This document shows positions 10,588 to 21,825 of a stretch of 64,000 bases of DNA, piece after piece (position 1 is the stretch's first letter; every line of letters begins with the position of its first letter). The stretch is from Wickerhamiella versatilis (Eukaryota). Location: assembly GCA_030867685.1 (NCBI GenBank), contig JAQOWU010000001.1:930001-994000 (forward strand), written 5' to 3'. The notes under the pieces were generated by a model. That model ran no database searches. It saw nothing but the letters and a program-made list of their open reading frames with translations, and was not told the DNA's origin. Made by a program: the position numbers and the translations under genes.

Positions 10588-11709
10588 ATGGTTTCCAATT
10601 TATTTTCTCCTCTTAGAGTCGGCAGCGTGGAAGTCAAAAATCGGGTTGCCTTGGCACCACTCACCCGCTTTAGGGCAGATGACAACTTCGTACCAACGGA
10701 TCTGATGCGAGAATACTACGAGCAACGTGCTCAGGCTGAAGGTACTCTGCTAATTAGTGAAGCGAGTTATATCATGCCTCAGGCTGGTGGCTATCTAAAT
10801 GTTCCTGGGCTATGGAACGCAGACCAGGTAAAGGGTTGGAAACATGTGATTGACGCTGTGCATAAGAAGAGGTCCTATTTTTTTATTCAGATGTGGGCAA
10901 TGGGCCGCCAGGGAAATGATAAGGTGCTAAAAGATCAAGGATTCGACCTTGTTAGTGCCTCTAATCATCCGTTGGTCAGTAAATACGCTGATCCCAAAGA
11001 TGCGCCCGTTCCCCGAGCGTTAACCAGGCAAGAAATAGATGAATACGTGGAAGGGTATGTTAAGGCCGCCAAAAATGCCATTTCTGCTGGTGCTGATGGT
11101 GTTGAGGTTCATAGTGCCAATGGTTATCTGCTCGATCAATTTCTGCACGCGAACTCGAATGATCGCACTGACGAGTACGGTGGATCAATCGAAAACCGTG
11201 CGAGGTTCACGCTGAGGGTGGTAGATGCTGTTGTTGACGCGATCGGCGCCGAGCGAGTGGGCATCCGTATAGGTACATGGGGGACGTTTGGAGAGATGGA
11301 CCCTGGTGTCTCGCCACTCCCTCAATTCTCCTATGTAGTTACAGAACTACAACGCAGAGCATTGGAAGGGAAGCAGCTGGCTTACATTCATCTTATTGAG
11401 CCAACGGCTAGTGGTAAGGACATTGGTAGTAACGACCGATGGACCAGTGCTAGGCAAAATCTCAACGATTTTGTGCGGTACATATGGGATGGAGTCATCA
11501 TAAGGGCCGGTAATCTTGTGCAAGATGCAAAGGAGGTCGCTGACCGCGACAATAAGACGTTGGTGGGCATCGGGCGCTACTTCATCTCGAACCCAGACTT
11601 GGTGTCGCGTCTAGAGACTGGCACTGAGTTGACCAAGTACGATCGCAGTACGTTCTACATTCCAAAGAGCCCAGAAGGGTACATAACGTACACCAATGCC
11701 ACGAAGTAA
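10588..11709 (+). CDS. OYE: Old yellow enzyme (NADPH dehydrogenase / ene-reductase), fungal type
   Basis: APLTRFRA, GVEVHSANGYLLDQFL, NDRTDEYGGSIENRARF, GRYFISNPDL, YDRSTFY. Confidence 0.95.
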   Translation: MVSNLFSPLRVGSVEVKNRVALAPLTRFRADDNFVPTDLMREYYEQRAQAEGTLLISEASYIMPQAGGYLNVPGLWNADQVKGWKHVIDAVHKKRSYFFIQMWAMGRQGNDKVLKDQGFDLVSASNHPLVSKYADPKDAPVPRALTRQEIDEYVEGYVKAAKNAISAGADGVEVHSANGYLLDQFLHANSNDRTDEYGGSIENRARFTLRVVDAVVDAIGAERVGIRIGTWGTFGEMDPGVSPLPQFSYVVTELQRRALEGKQLAYIHLIEPTASGKDIGSNDRWTSARQNLNDFVRYIWDGVIIRAGNLVQDAKEVADRDNKTLVGIGRYFISNPDLVSRLETGTELTKYDRSTFYIPKSPEGYITYTNATK

Positions 11710-11903
11710 GTTGTGTCACCAGCACAGGGAGTAATAGGGTGGTGAAGCTGGACAGTCGTGCCAATTGGAAATCATTATGGCAGAAAGAAATATATTTTAT
11801 GTTATCTCTAATATTTAACGAATATGTAATTTTAAATTCAAGGACATCACTTATTATGATTTCTTAGTTCCCATTTATGAATTTTGCTATACGGAGAAAA
11901 AGA

Positions 11904-13052
11904 TCAAGCAAATTCCTTGATAAGGAAGTCAACAAGCGGTTTGCCAATTGGTGAAGTAGGGCCGTCAATGTAAGGATTATCGTGCGTACCAGACTGTATC
12001 AAACATTTATCACATCCTGGCATGTCGCGGTAGATAGTTGCACTTGAATCAGTCAAATTTGCCAAGCCCAACCAGGACTGAATGTCTCCCTTCAAGACTT
12101 CATTGTCACCATAGGAAACAAAAATCTTACTCTTATCCTCAGGAAGTAAATCGTACCAATCAATATGATCTTTCCACATATTGAGCTCTACCGAGAGTCT
12201 CTGCTCCTGATCCGGTATCGAGAGTTGTCCCATGCTCGATAAACTATTAACAGACAGGTAATCCACGCCATCGTTGGTAGCGTAGGTCCCATTTTTAATA
12301 TTCTGATCGAAGCTGGGATCCACGTTAACCCAAGGACTGATGCCGATGAGCCCTTGGGGTTTCTGGGTAATGGGTTGCACCGAATCCACGGGGTATTCCA
12401 TGTGGCGCAGCATGGCGAGCGATAAGTGTCCACCTGCACTGTCACCAGTCAGAATTATATTCTTCGACGACTTTGTAAGTTCGTTATACACAGCTGCACC
12501 TTGCTGCAGTTGCAAAGGCCATGTTCCTTCCTTGGGAGCAATCGAGTAGTCAAGAACCAAAATAGAAAGCCTGTCACTTTTCACATTGAATTGCTTCCAG
12601 ACATCGACTAAGAACGAAATTTGGGTGGGTAACAATGGCAATACATACCCGCCTCCATGAAAATACAGTAATACAGGGTCATCCTCAGTGCGGCCCTCGG
12701 CCTCAACCAGCCATTTCACTCTGGATTTATCTATGTTTTCCACGGAGCTAAATTCGGTGTTGTAGTTAGGAACATCATCGGTTTTCGATAAAGCGGCGGT
12801 AAACTTGGAGTTGAAATCAATAGAAAAAACTGGTAGGATATCGGATAGAGCATGCTGCAGGTTCTTAGGACCAAGGATACTATTAGAGAGGAATGAGAGA
12901 AGCTGTTGAGTGTAATCTTTTAGCGATTCACCGATATATGGTAAAGGGAATTTTGACGAGTCACCTCGTGATTCCAGGCCCACTTCAACTTCGGTGGGTG
13001 CGGCTGAGGCAGTTCCAGTGAGGGACAGCAGAAGAAGACTAGATAAGTGCAT
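11904..13052 (-). CDS. Secreted HSL-family esterase (Say1/Mug180-like)
   Basis: Signal peptide MHLSSLLLLSLTGTASA; YFHGGGY oxyanion motif; GDSAGG nucleophile; ISPWV. Confidence 0.85.
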   Translation of the reverse strand: MHLSSLLLLSLTGTASAAPTEVEVGLESRGDSSKFPLPYIGESLKDYTQQLLSFLSNSILGPKNLQHALSDILPVFSIDFNSKFTAALSKTDDVPNYNTEFSSVENIDKSRVKWLVEAEGRTEDDPVLLYFHGGGYVLPLLPTQISFLVDVWKQFNVKSDRLSILVLDYSIAPKEGTWPLQLQQGAAVYNELTKSSKNIILTGDSAGGHLSLAMLRHMEYPVDSVQPITQKPQGLIGISPWVNVDPSFDQNIKNGTYATNDGVDYLSVNSLSSMGQLSIPDQEQRLSVELNMWKDHIDWYDLLPEDKSKIFVSYGDNEVLKGDIQSWLGLANLTDSSATIYRDMPGCDKCLIQSGTHDNPYIDGPTSPIGKPLVDFLIKEFA

Positions 13053-14384
13053 GATGGTAGGGTTCCTGGAGCTTATTGAAAATTATGGCGCTGATGGTTG
13101 ATATTTATATGTTCAAAGAGCGTATAGAAAAATAATGAGGAGAACAGCATGCATCATGATCTACATTTTTAATTAAATAAGCTGCCGATTTGGTATTGGG
13201 GTATGGAGACATCAAGTTGTAGAAGGGAGTTTATTCGAACCAGAATTTTGGCCAAAACAGTCGTTTTCGTCGAGTAATAGATAGAGCCTATGTCATTGTC
13301 CACTATTCACTTCCGGTATAACAGTATTCGGCGTGTTCACCAGATCGAAAGCTATCTAAGCCTGGAATTTTCATAAGCAATTACGCGTGATCCCCACTAA
13401 TGCAGCTAATACTTGCAAGCGAAAAAAAAATAACAAGTTGAATGCTGGAAAGCTAGTCACTTTAGAGGTGCAAAAAAAGCGAAGAAATGGTGTTGCCCAC
13501 CTAGAAGTTTATCCGAGGCTGTTAGAGTGGTCAGGTTGCCAGCTCTACTAATTGGAAGTAACCCTGGTCTGCAACCCTGGTCTGCAGCTATCGCTCTAAA
13601 GGGAAATTCTTGGAATTCCCCACAAGTGTTCTGTGGGGCTGTCATTGGAGTTTTGCGAGAATATCTTCCTGAATCCTGTGGACACCTCCACCAATGATTG
13701 TAAGGTGCCCTCAGCCTTCTGCTATGAACTTTAGTCGCTAATTATGTTTACATGCCCAACTTCCATTTGTTCTCGTAATCTCCGCTAAGCGGGGCCGAGA
13801 CTATTAGTCATCCCACTGCCCATCTATTAATAAGATTTCTGTATTTTTTCTCCACCTGCTATTTTGAGTTTAGTAACTCAAGATGAGATATCCGATTCCG
13901 AAAAAAAAAGAAAAGAAAGTTAAATAACACTTAGCAGATGGAATGTGCAGATTGTAACTGCTTTAACGTGAATCTGTATACTATTCGCTAGTCTTATATA
14001 GCTCATTGTCCGGCGAATGGTATCTTGAGAGCCATGGCCATTTATTTAAAATGAGACATAGGCTTGATTGTATCGATTCCATTAAAGTAAACGATAATAG
14101 CCTCCGATATTTGTTTCAGCGTTAAAACAAATTCGATGAAATCCTAAAGTTAGATTTGTGTGAATCGCGAGCGGGCGTCAGGCATCAAGTACTATCACGT
14201 ATCTTGCTGAGCAGTGCAAAATTAGGAAAACAAATAAAACAATATCGTTAGCTACCAAGAGTATATTCAATTACAGTCGCAAAGGTCCTTTTTCTTTCCG
14301 CGATCATTTGGATAGAATGCAACTAATCATTGAGGGGGTTATTTCTAAGCACGATCACGCGCGTCTCGCCACCACTACGCAACA

Positions 14385-15218
14385 ATGACAGTTGTAATTA
14401 CCGGGGGGAGTGATGGAATTGGCGCTGCTGCAGCGCGCATGCTGAATGCTAAAGGCTATGAGGTTGTTGTCGTGGGTCGTTCTAAAGACAAGACTAGCTC
14501 GGTTGCCAAGGAACTGAAAATTCCGTACCATATCGCCGACTTCTCGCGCTTAAGTGAAGTCAAGCGCTTGGCAGAAGAATTGGACGCGTATGGCCCTATA
14601 TCTGTTCTGGCGAATAATGCAGGGGGAGTATTCGGCGACCGGACCATCACAGAAGATGGTTTTGAGCTTACATTCCAGGTCAATCACTTAGCCCCGTTTT
14701 TGCTCACCAAACTTCTTTTGCCGCAGCTAATTGCAGGTAAAGCAAAGGTGATCCAGACAGCGAGTATTGCTGCCAACCTATTTGCGGGAAAAAAGTATGA
14801 CGTCAGCGACCTTAATGTGGAGAAGGCGTTTACGCCTCAAAAGGCATATGGCTACGGAAAGCTCGAAAACGTTTTTTTCACACGTGAGCTAAACCGCCAG
14901 TATCACGGTGATGGGATTTCAGCCGTAGCATTCCATCCTGGTATTGTTCGCACGAGCTTTGCCAGCGAGACTTCTACATGGTTTTTAAGGATCGCCTATC
15001 GCACACCTTTGAAATACCTGGCAACGATCTCGGTAGATGATGGGGCAAAACCCCTTGTTTCTCTCGTCGAGGGTGAGCCTAATAAAGACTGGCAGCCTGG
15101 TGAATTCTACTCTGAAAAACTTAAGCCGATGTCTCTGGACTTCGATGATACAGATGGAAGTGCAGCAAAGGAGTTATGGATTCAAAGTGAGGAATTTATC
15201 AAGCCCTTCCTATCTTGA
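14385..15218 (+). CDS. Short-chain dehydrogenase/reductase (retinol-DH-like, actinobacterial-looking)
   Basis: TGGSDGIG, NNAG, DGFELTFQVNHLAPFLLT, YxxxK (YGYGK), FHPG. Confidence 0.9.
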   Translation: MTVVITGGSDGIGAAAARMLNAKGYEVVVVGRSKDKTSSVAKELKIPYHIADFSRLSEVKRLAEELDAYGPISVLANNAGGVFGDRTITEDGFELTFQVNHLAPFLLTKLLLPQLIAGKAKVIQTASIAANLFAGKKYDVSDLNVEKAFTPQKAYGYGKLENVFFTRELNRQYHGDGISAVAFHPGIVRTSFASETSTWFLRIAYRTPLKYLATISVDDGAKPLVSLVEGEPNKDWQPGEFYSEKLKPMSLDFDDTDGSAAKELWIQSEEFIKPFLS

Positions 15219-15547
15219 AATGCGTGGCCGTATGAATTCCTTTCAGTATCATCTGGAATTAAAGCATACACGCTATCTATATTTATCTGCTATTGATTGA
15301 CAAATTGAGGCTGATGTCAAACTTTCTTGTCTTGCAGAATATAATTTCTATGATAAGGTGCCTTACTTCGTACTGATCTAAGTAATTTTGATATAATTTT
15401 CATAACTGTTCCAGCACTTTAGGTATTTAGGTGTTACCAGCAAAGTACGAAGATTACAAATATCGTTTTTCACTAAGATTAATCTCTGGAAAATGAAAGT
15501 AATATATAGCTAACGAAATTGAAGCCTCATAGAACCATTCATTTGCA

Positions 15548-18061
15548 ATGGACCGAGGGGCTTTACGAACAGGACTTTCCGGCGAGGCTCCTCGCAAAAA
15601 TAATGCACATTTTCAACAATACGAGTACAATGAGAGCCCACCGCCGTCGGCAAAATCGACGTGTGGTGAGAGGCCAAATCGATTGTGGAGCTTTATAAGG
15701 CCTTCATTCCTTTTGGATAATATGGATGCGCGAAGCTTGGAGGTAGTCATTCGGAGCAACGGTGTATTTTTCATCATATTGATCCTTTTGGTTATACCAG
15801 AAATCCGAGGTTTCGTTGGTGCTGATGGATACCTGGCTCTCCTAATCTGTAGTGTTCGTGTCAGTGGTGGACTTTCCGCCGGTACTGGTGGTATCACATG
15901 TCTTATTGATCTCGTATTCGCGGCAATGGGATATACTATTGGCATAATTTGCAATGCAATCAACTGGAAAATAAGAGGCTCTCCATCCCCCCAAATTCTC
16001 ATCAAGACGCTAATTGAACATCAAGTTTGTCCGTTGAGTGAGTCTCCTTCTGTATTGCAAGCGTGTTTCATGCAGAACGTCAGCAGTGGCTACTTTCTCA
16101 AAACGTCCACGACAGCCGTTTCAGTGTGTATTTTAGTTTTCTACATTTTTATCATGGGCCTTATGGGCTCAAATGTCCGTATCCTTCAATTTTCAGCACT
16201 CCTGTCCTCTGGAGTTGCTATGTCAAGTGTGGCCTATCTCAATTTCATACCTATATTTCAGCCAGAGGTAGTAGCATTTCAGATCATGATTCCTATTGTA
16301 GTTGCAGTTATAATAAGAGCTGTTCTCTGCATAACCATGACTCCTTTCACTTCTAACTCGAGAGCTACCCATGTGTTGAGCGAAGCAATCAGTGAGGTTG
16401 CCGACGCCGTTCAAAGCTCATTTTGCGATGATATCTATAAGACTGCGACCACAAAGAATCTTCAATATTCACTGGAAAACATTGAAAAAAAGCTAGATTC
16501 TGTATCTTATGAAATTAGCTTTTCAGGATTTGAGCTATCTTACGGCAGATATACAGCCCAGGAGCTTCAGATATTGCGTAATAAGCTCAGGTCTCTACTC
16601 CATTCATTATGGCTCCTGTCAAGACTAATACATGACCCCTTCATCTCGTCGCGGACCGCTGAGCATGAGATTCGGACTCTAAAGCCACTCCTATCTCAAG
16701 CAGTTCAAAGCCTCTCGAGCTCTGCTCATTTTCGCTACCATCATCAACTGGATAACAGTCTACTTTCGCGTGAATCGAAAGATAACGTGATTTGGTCTAC
16801 AATTATACGAAGTTTTGACATTGTAAGTGATCTGAACAGGTTTAGTGCTGGTCGCAAACTGCACTGGATTTTCCCCAGTATGAAATTCATGTTCTCGAAG
16901 CAGAAAGGATCAAGTACTGATAATATGCTGACAAAAGAAAACTATGGTTTCCACTCGCCCCTTAAAAATGGCTCTCACTACTTTATGTTTGCTGCAAAAC
17001 AGTCAATTGTATGTGTGGCAATGCTAACCCCCTACTTTTGCCGTCCCACCTTTCCGATAGCTTATAAGTATCGATTTGTTCTGGCCCCTATTATAACGGT
17101 TTTCATGATAAGATTTCGAAGTATCGACGGAATCTATGGATATTTACGGAGAGTGGTATTCGTTGGGCTAGGTGCAGCATTAGCCTGCGTCGTTTGGTAC
17201 ATTTCGCGAAGTAACGCCTGGGGCTTCTTTTTCGCATTTCTCACTGTTTATTCGGTTTTCATTTATTACCGCCATTTTGCTAGAAAGCATTATATCATTC
17301 CAGCATGTATCATGCTCGTTACGCTATGTGCTTGTCTTGGTACAAGTTGGGCTGATTCAAGGATCCCCGGAAACCAAAACCCATTTTCGATTGGACCTGG
17401 CAGCCGCGCGATATGGGTAAGATTGGTTACAATTCTTGTTGGAGTTACGATTGGCTTTATATTTAACATGCTTCCTGACTTCGATAGAACCAATAGAGCT
17501 ACACGAGTCTCCATCGCTCATATTTTTGAAAGCTTGGATACCCTACGAAGTGAAATTTGTACAGCACAAAGTGATAAGTATCAAACTGCAAAACATCGGG
17601 AGGACTGGATAGGTTACCAAAATGAGGCCATAAAGTTATTTGGTGAAATACGATTTGCTGCAAAGATCACATCACAACTTAAGCATGAGCCATCAGTGTT
17701 TGGAAGTAGGCGGAAGCACATTAGCTACCAGCAGCTTATTACAAAACTGAGAGAAGTCAGTGAAATTACTCTATTTATCTCTTATCTTGTCGAACTGTCC
17801 TGCGCTTACGAGCAATCTGAAATCCTCAAACAATTAGGCTGGAAATCAAGTGAGTTAGGATTCAATACATCAGCAGCCACATATCTTCATGCCCAGGCAC
17901 TATCCTTGGACAAACCACTACCGCAGAAATTAGGTCAGTCCCTCTATGAATGTCACACATCACACAACTTTAAGGATGGTGTTATTCACACATTAGCACA
18001 AATCCTTTACCGATGTATGGACGATGTCGCTCTTCTAACAAGAGAGATAGTCGGAATGTGA
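15548..18061 (+). CDS. FUSC/ArAE-like (Bre4/YGL140C-type) multi-pass membrane protein
   Basis: 837 aa with two hydrophobic TM blocks separated by a soluble region (ELSYGRY), plus a soluble C-terminal domain (LKHEPS). Confidence 0.7.
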   Translation: MDRGALRTGLSGEAPRKNNAHFQQYEYNESPPPSAKSTCGERPNRLWSFIRPSFLLDNMDARSLEVVIRSNGVFFIILILLVIPEIRGFVGADGYLALLICSVRVSGGLSAGTGGITCLIDLVFAAMGYTIGIICNAINWKIRGSPSPQILIKTLIEHQVCPLSESPSVLQACFMQNVSSGYFLKTSTTAVSVCILVFYIFIMGLMGSNVRILQFSALLSSGVAMSSVAYLNFIPIFQPEVVAFQIMIPIVVAVIIRAVLCITMTPFTSNSRATHVLSEAISEVADAVQSSFCDDIYKTATTKNLQYSLENIEKKLDSVSYEISFSGFELSYGRYTAQELQILRNKLRSLLHSLWLLSRLIHDPFISSRTAEHEIRTLKPLLSQAVQSLSSSAHFRYHHQLDNSLLSRESKDNVIWSTIIRSFDIVSDLNRFSAGRKLHWIFPSMKFMFSKQKGSSTDNMLTKENYGFHSPLKNGSHYFMFAAKQSIVCVAMLTPYFCRPTFPIAYKYRFVLAPIITVFMIRFRSIDGIYGYLRRVVFVGLGAALACVVWYISRSNAWGFFFAFLTVYSVFIYYRHFARKHYIIPACIMLVTLCACLGTSWADSRIPGNQNPFSIGPGSRAIWVRLVTILVGVTIGFIFNMLPDFDRTNRATRVSIAHIFESLDTLRSEICTAQSDKYQTAKHREDWIGYQNEAIKLFGEIRFAAKITSQLKHEPSVFGSRRKHISYQQLITKLREVSEITLFISYLVELSCAYEQSEILKQLGWKSSELGFNTSAATYLHAQALSLDKPLPQKLGQSLYECHTSHNFKDGVIHTLAQILYRCMDDVALLTREIVGM

Positions 18062-18518
18062 GATAATCACGCATAATTGCACCGGACAATTGTCAGCACA
18101 TGTTATATCGAAGGCATGGTATCAATATATTGTGTTGAACCACTATGTCATGCTATGATGCCATTTGTGAATCCCTGAACTGCAATTTAAAGCTCAGAAA
18201 TTTCGTTGAGGGCCCTAAAAATCGAAAGCGAATTGCTATTCTATTTTTATCTGATAGTCAAGTATTGAGGTACAACACATAATACGAATTATTCCACCAA
18301 ATATATCTTGCCTATTATGACATGGGCGTCTTCATGAAATTCGCAACCGTTGTCCTAATCTCCCGCAAGATCAGGATATCAAACTTCACTTCTCATGATA
18401 GCTCTGAGGAGGAAGCTAAATAACTGGCATGGTTGGGTGGAAATTACGCAACTTCAATGTCTATATCTATGTGGCTATTCCAGTATAATGTAGCTCTCTG
18501 GACGTGACTTTGTCTTGT

Positions 18519-19076
18519 CTAGTGTTGGAGCTGCATGAGCTGAGTTCTGGCGTTTGTCAGTGCATTGACCTTGTTGGCACTAACATGGTAGTCCTTAGAC
18601 GCCATATCATTCAGCTTTCCAATCGCCTCAGAGAGATCTTTATAGCCTCCATCAGTAACGATATCAACAGCTCCACCGGCAACATTGCCAATCAGGACTT
18701 CGATGCCGTTTGTCACGGATTGGAAGAAGTCACCAAGAAGGAAATCTCCGATATCCTTATTAATACCCAAACTAGCGTATGTCAAAAGCTTGGAATCAGA
18801 AAGCATGCCAAGAACATTATCGATCTGAGAGTCAGTACCGGTGATAAATGCGTTGAGGGAGCTTGAGACAGCGTGTCCATCGCCAGATTTAACCTGACCG
18901 GCCAAAGTGTCGATGACTTGCTTAGAGTTGGTGATGGCATTATGAAGGCCAGACAAGTTAGGATTGGAGCTATCATCATAGTCACTTTGATCAAAACAGT
19001 CCTCGACGATGTTGTCGAAAGATGGTGTAGTTGCCGCAACGAGGGTAGCGAGGAGAGAAAGACTGGTGAAATGCAT
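18519..19076 (-). CDS. Secreted 185-aa protein of unknown function (paralog A)
   Basis: ATG at 19076 gives signal peptide MHFTSLSLLATLVAA; about 87% identical in the mature part to 37099-37656. Confidence 0.85.
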   Translation of the reverse strand: MHFTSLSLLATLVAATTPSFDNIVEDCFDQSDYDDSSNPNLSGLHNAITNSKQVIDTLAGQVKSGDGHAVSSSLNAFITGTDSQIDNVLGMLSDSKLLTYASLGINKDIGDFLLGDFFQSVTNGIEVLIGNVAGGAVDIVTDGGYKDLSEAIGKLNDMASKDYHVSANKVNALTNARTQLMQLQH

Positions 19077-20181
19077 GGTAACTTGATTGATGCAAGAATG
19101 CTTGGTGTCCACGTTTATTTATATCATGAAAATGTGCAATCAAATAATGCTTATGCTTCGATAGGTCCGTAATTTTTTAAGCTTTAGAATTAGCTTCGAA
19201 ATTTTCCTATCGACAGAGCGATCTACCGGGAGACACTCGGAATTAGCGAAATTCAAAACAAGTTATAACACAAATGGTAGCTGCTTTTGTGATAGTATCC
19301 AAGTCCTTGTATGGCTACAAACATATCTCTTCGAAGTTATATTATGAAACAAAGCATTTCCCCGTGTTATCAGGCATTTTGTTCTGCCTTTAACTACAAA
19401 TCTAGATCTACAGGAACATATTTAATAATAACAAAGTGTAAGGGTACCAAAGAGCTCGGATACCTTGTCCAACTTAAGGCGCGATAAGGTTTTACTGTGC
19501 AATCGGTATGTCAAACTCTAAATTAGAGTGTTGAAGACTGACATGTTCCAGTGCGACTAATCATATAGCATCAAGCCTCTTTTCTCTTGCATATTGGAAT
19601 TGCAACTTAGCCTGGAGCCTCCCGCTCAAAGACAGAACGCGAGGAATTTGGCTTAGGTTAAATTACCAAAAAGCTTACTAGCAAGGTTTTATACGAGTAC
19701 ATGCCTTATACTTAGTTTTTGAATACTTAGTAGCTGGCAATCCACTAAATTAAGGCACTAGAGCAATTACAGCTTCCCTGCCATCTTTACGAGTTGACGC
19801 ACCTGCAAGTTCACTTAATTGTGATAGGAGGCAATTGCTGACCCGAATAAAAGACTTTTCATTTTCCTCTAATAAATATATTCCCAATTAATTAGTTTTC
19901 AAGGCTCAAAAAGTTGGCCTTAGCTAGACTTAACTCGAATGGATTATAACCCGCTATGGCTATAGTATAGTTTAGCTCGAATGAGTCTCACTTAGTGCAG
20001 TAAATGATTCTATGTGCTATGAAGCTTCTACTACCGAGATTTACAGTAGGTAGTTGTTATGTTTTAAGAAGAAAAATGCAAAGGCCCGCTTGGGATCCCA
20101 TCAATTAAACAAGTTTGTACCGCGATTTTCACGTGTATACAGTATATACATTTAGGCTGGATCCACCCTGAACCGCAGAGG

Positions 20182-21825
20182 TCAGTGGTCAACGGCATCA
20201 TATTTCTGAGAAACGCTGAATATTTTGCCGGGATTCAAAATGAAGTAAGGATCATAGGCTTGCTTGAGTTTTCTCATAGCATCAACAGCAGGACTACCCA
20301 CTTCCTCAATAACATGCTCACGTTTACCCAAACCAACACCATGCTCACCAGTACAAGTGCCGCCTAGCGCTAAAGCTCTGTGTATCATTTTGTCAACAAC
20401 TTCTTCCACCGCTTCTATTTGAGTATTGGGATCATAAACCATCATACAGTGAAAATTGCCGTCTCCCACATGCCCTATAGTCCCTTCGCGAAGTCCCAAA
20501 GATGCCACATGCTTTTTAGATTCGACAATCATTTCCGTAAGATGGGAAATTGGGACAGCCACATCCGTGGTCCAGAACCTGTATCCCATTGGTGCAGAAT
20601 TAAGGAGAGATGAAGCAGCATTTTTTCGAGCCAACCATAAGTCATTGGACTCGTCTTCATCCCTGGCAAACTCCACAGAACGGCATTTATTCTCTGCTGC
20701 AACTGTCCTAACATCATCGATCAGTTTATCTACACTGTCCCTGGAGGAGCCCGCAAATCTTAAGAGTAGCGAGAATTTTTCATCCCATTTTCGGTCGGTA
20801 ACCCCCGTATCGTTTATGTTCTTCATTGTGTGGTCGTCAAGAAATTCTATAGCGTCAAGCATTATTCCATTCTGAAGGATCTTCTCCACTGTATCCGTTG
20901 CTTCGTCTGCTGTGTCAAACGTCAATAATCCTACCCGAACTGCTGCCGGTATAGGATTTACCTTCAGCGTGGCTTCAGTTACTATGCCTAGTGTGCCCTC
21001 TGCCCCAACAAAAAGGTCCGTAAGGCTATATCCAGCACTAGACTTACGGGGTCGGCGCCTCGTTTTTATAACGCTTCCATCTGTGAGTACGACTGTGACG
21101 TTTATGACGTTCTGCCTCATGGTGCCGTACCTGTATGAATTCGTCCCAGAACAAGCAGTGCCAATCATGCCTCCAATTTCCGCACCGGGACCTGGATCTG
21201 GGCCGAAGAAAACACCATGCGGCTCTAATTGCTCATTGAGATCCTGCCACCCGATACCGGGTTGCACAACCACGTCGAAATCTTTGTCATGGACCTCTAT
21301 CAGCCTGTTCATATTGCTCATATCCAGCGAAATGCCACGACGAATGGGTGTGATCTGGCCCTCCAGTGATGTTCCACCCGCATAAGCCGTGATAGGCATG
21401 CGATAGTGGTGACATATTTTCATGATTTTCGACACTTCTTCAGTCGAGGAAGGATATACAACAAAGTCGGGATACTCACCTTCCCTCGGTGCTCTAGCCT
21501 GTAAACTCGTTGTAGCATGCATTTCAGCCGTATCCTTGTTACCACTGATATTTTCATCACCCACAACATCTCTAATTTCTGATATAGCTTGTCTTTCTTG
21601 GGATGGGGTAGCATAGATCGGTTCTTTCATATCACACAAGGGGAGCAAGCTGTTAGCCGAGCCCTCTACGCTTTCGATCTTATCGTAAAGAAGTGCACCA
21701 CCAGTCATTCCCGAGAGAAATGTGAAGCTTTTGAACATAACCCCTCTAGAATTCTTTCCACCCCTTAAGGAGGTGCTATAGCGACGTCCTACTCCTAGAA
21801 GACGATTTATAGCACCATACCTCAT
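20182..21825 (-). CDS. DLD1: Mitochondrial D-lactate dehydrogenase (cytochrome), FAD-linked oxidase
   Basis: Arg-rich presequence; GGTSLEG, GPDPGPGAEIGGM, GAEGTLG, GHVGDGNFH, GEHGVG, LNPGKI. First ATG at 21825. Confidence 0.9.
   Translation of the reverse strand: MRYGAINRLLGVGRRYSTSLRGGKNSRGVMFKSFTFLSGMTGGALLYDKIESVEGSANSLLPLCDMKEPIYATPSQERQAISEIRDVVGDENISGNKDTAEMHATTSLQARAPREGEYPDFVVYPSSTEEVSKIMKICHHYRMPITAYAGGTSLEGQITPIRRGISLDMSNMNRLIEVHDKDFDVVVQPGIGWQDLNEQLEPHGVFFGPDPGPGAEIGGMIGTACSGTNSYRYGTMRQNVINVTVVLTDGSVIKTRRRPRKSSAGYSLTDLFVGAEGTLGIVTEATLKVNPIPAAVRVGLLTFDTADEATDTVEKILQNGIMLDAIEFLDDHTMKNINDTGVTDRKWDEKFSLLLRFAGSSRDSVDKLIDDVRTVAAENKCRSVEFARDEDESNDLWLARKNAASSLLNSAPMGYRFWTTDVAVPISHLTEMIVESKKHVASLGLREGTIGHVGDGNFHCMMVYDPNTQIEAVEEVVDKMIHRALALGGTCTGEHGVGLGKREHVIEEVGSPAVDAMRKLKQAYDPYFILNPGKIFSVSQKYDAVDH

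Noticed and set aside
13560-13585. aaccctggtctgc x2 (and caattcctg x2 near 59692)
   Set aside because: Two-copy micro-duplications with no array or spacer structure; not CRISPR-like or telomeric.
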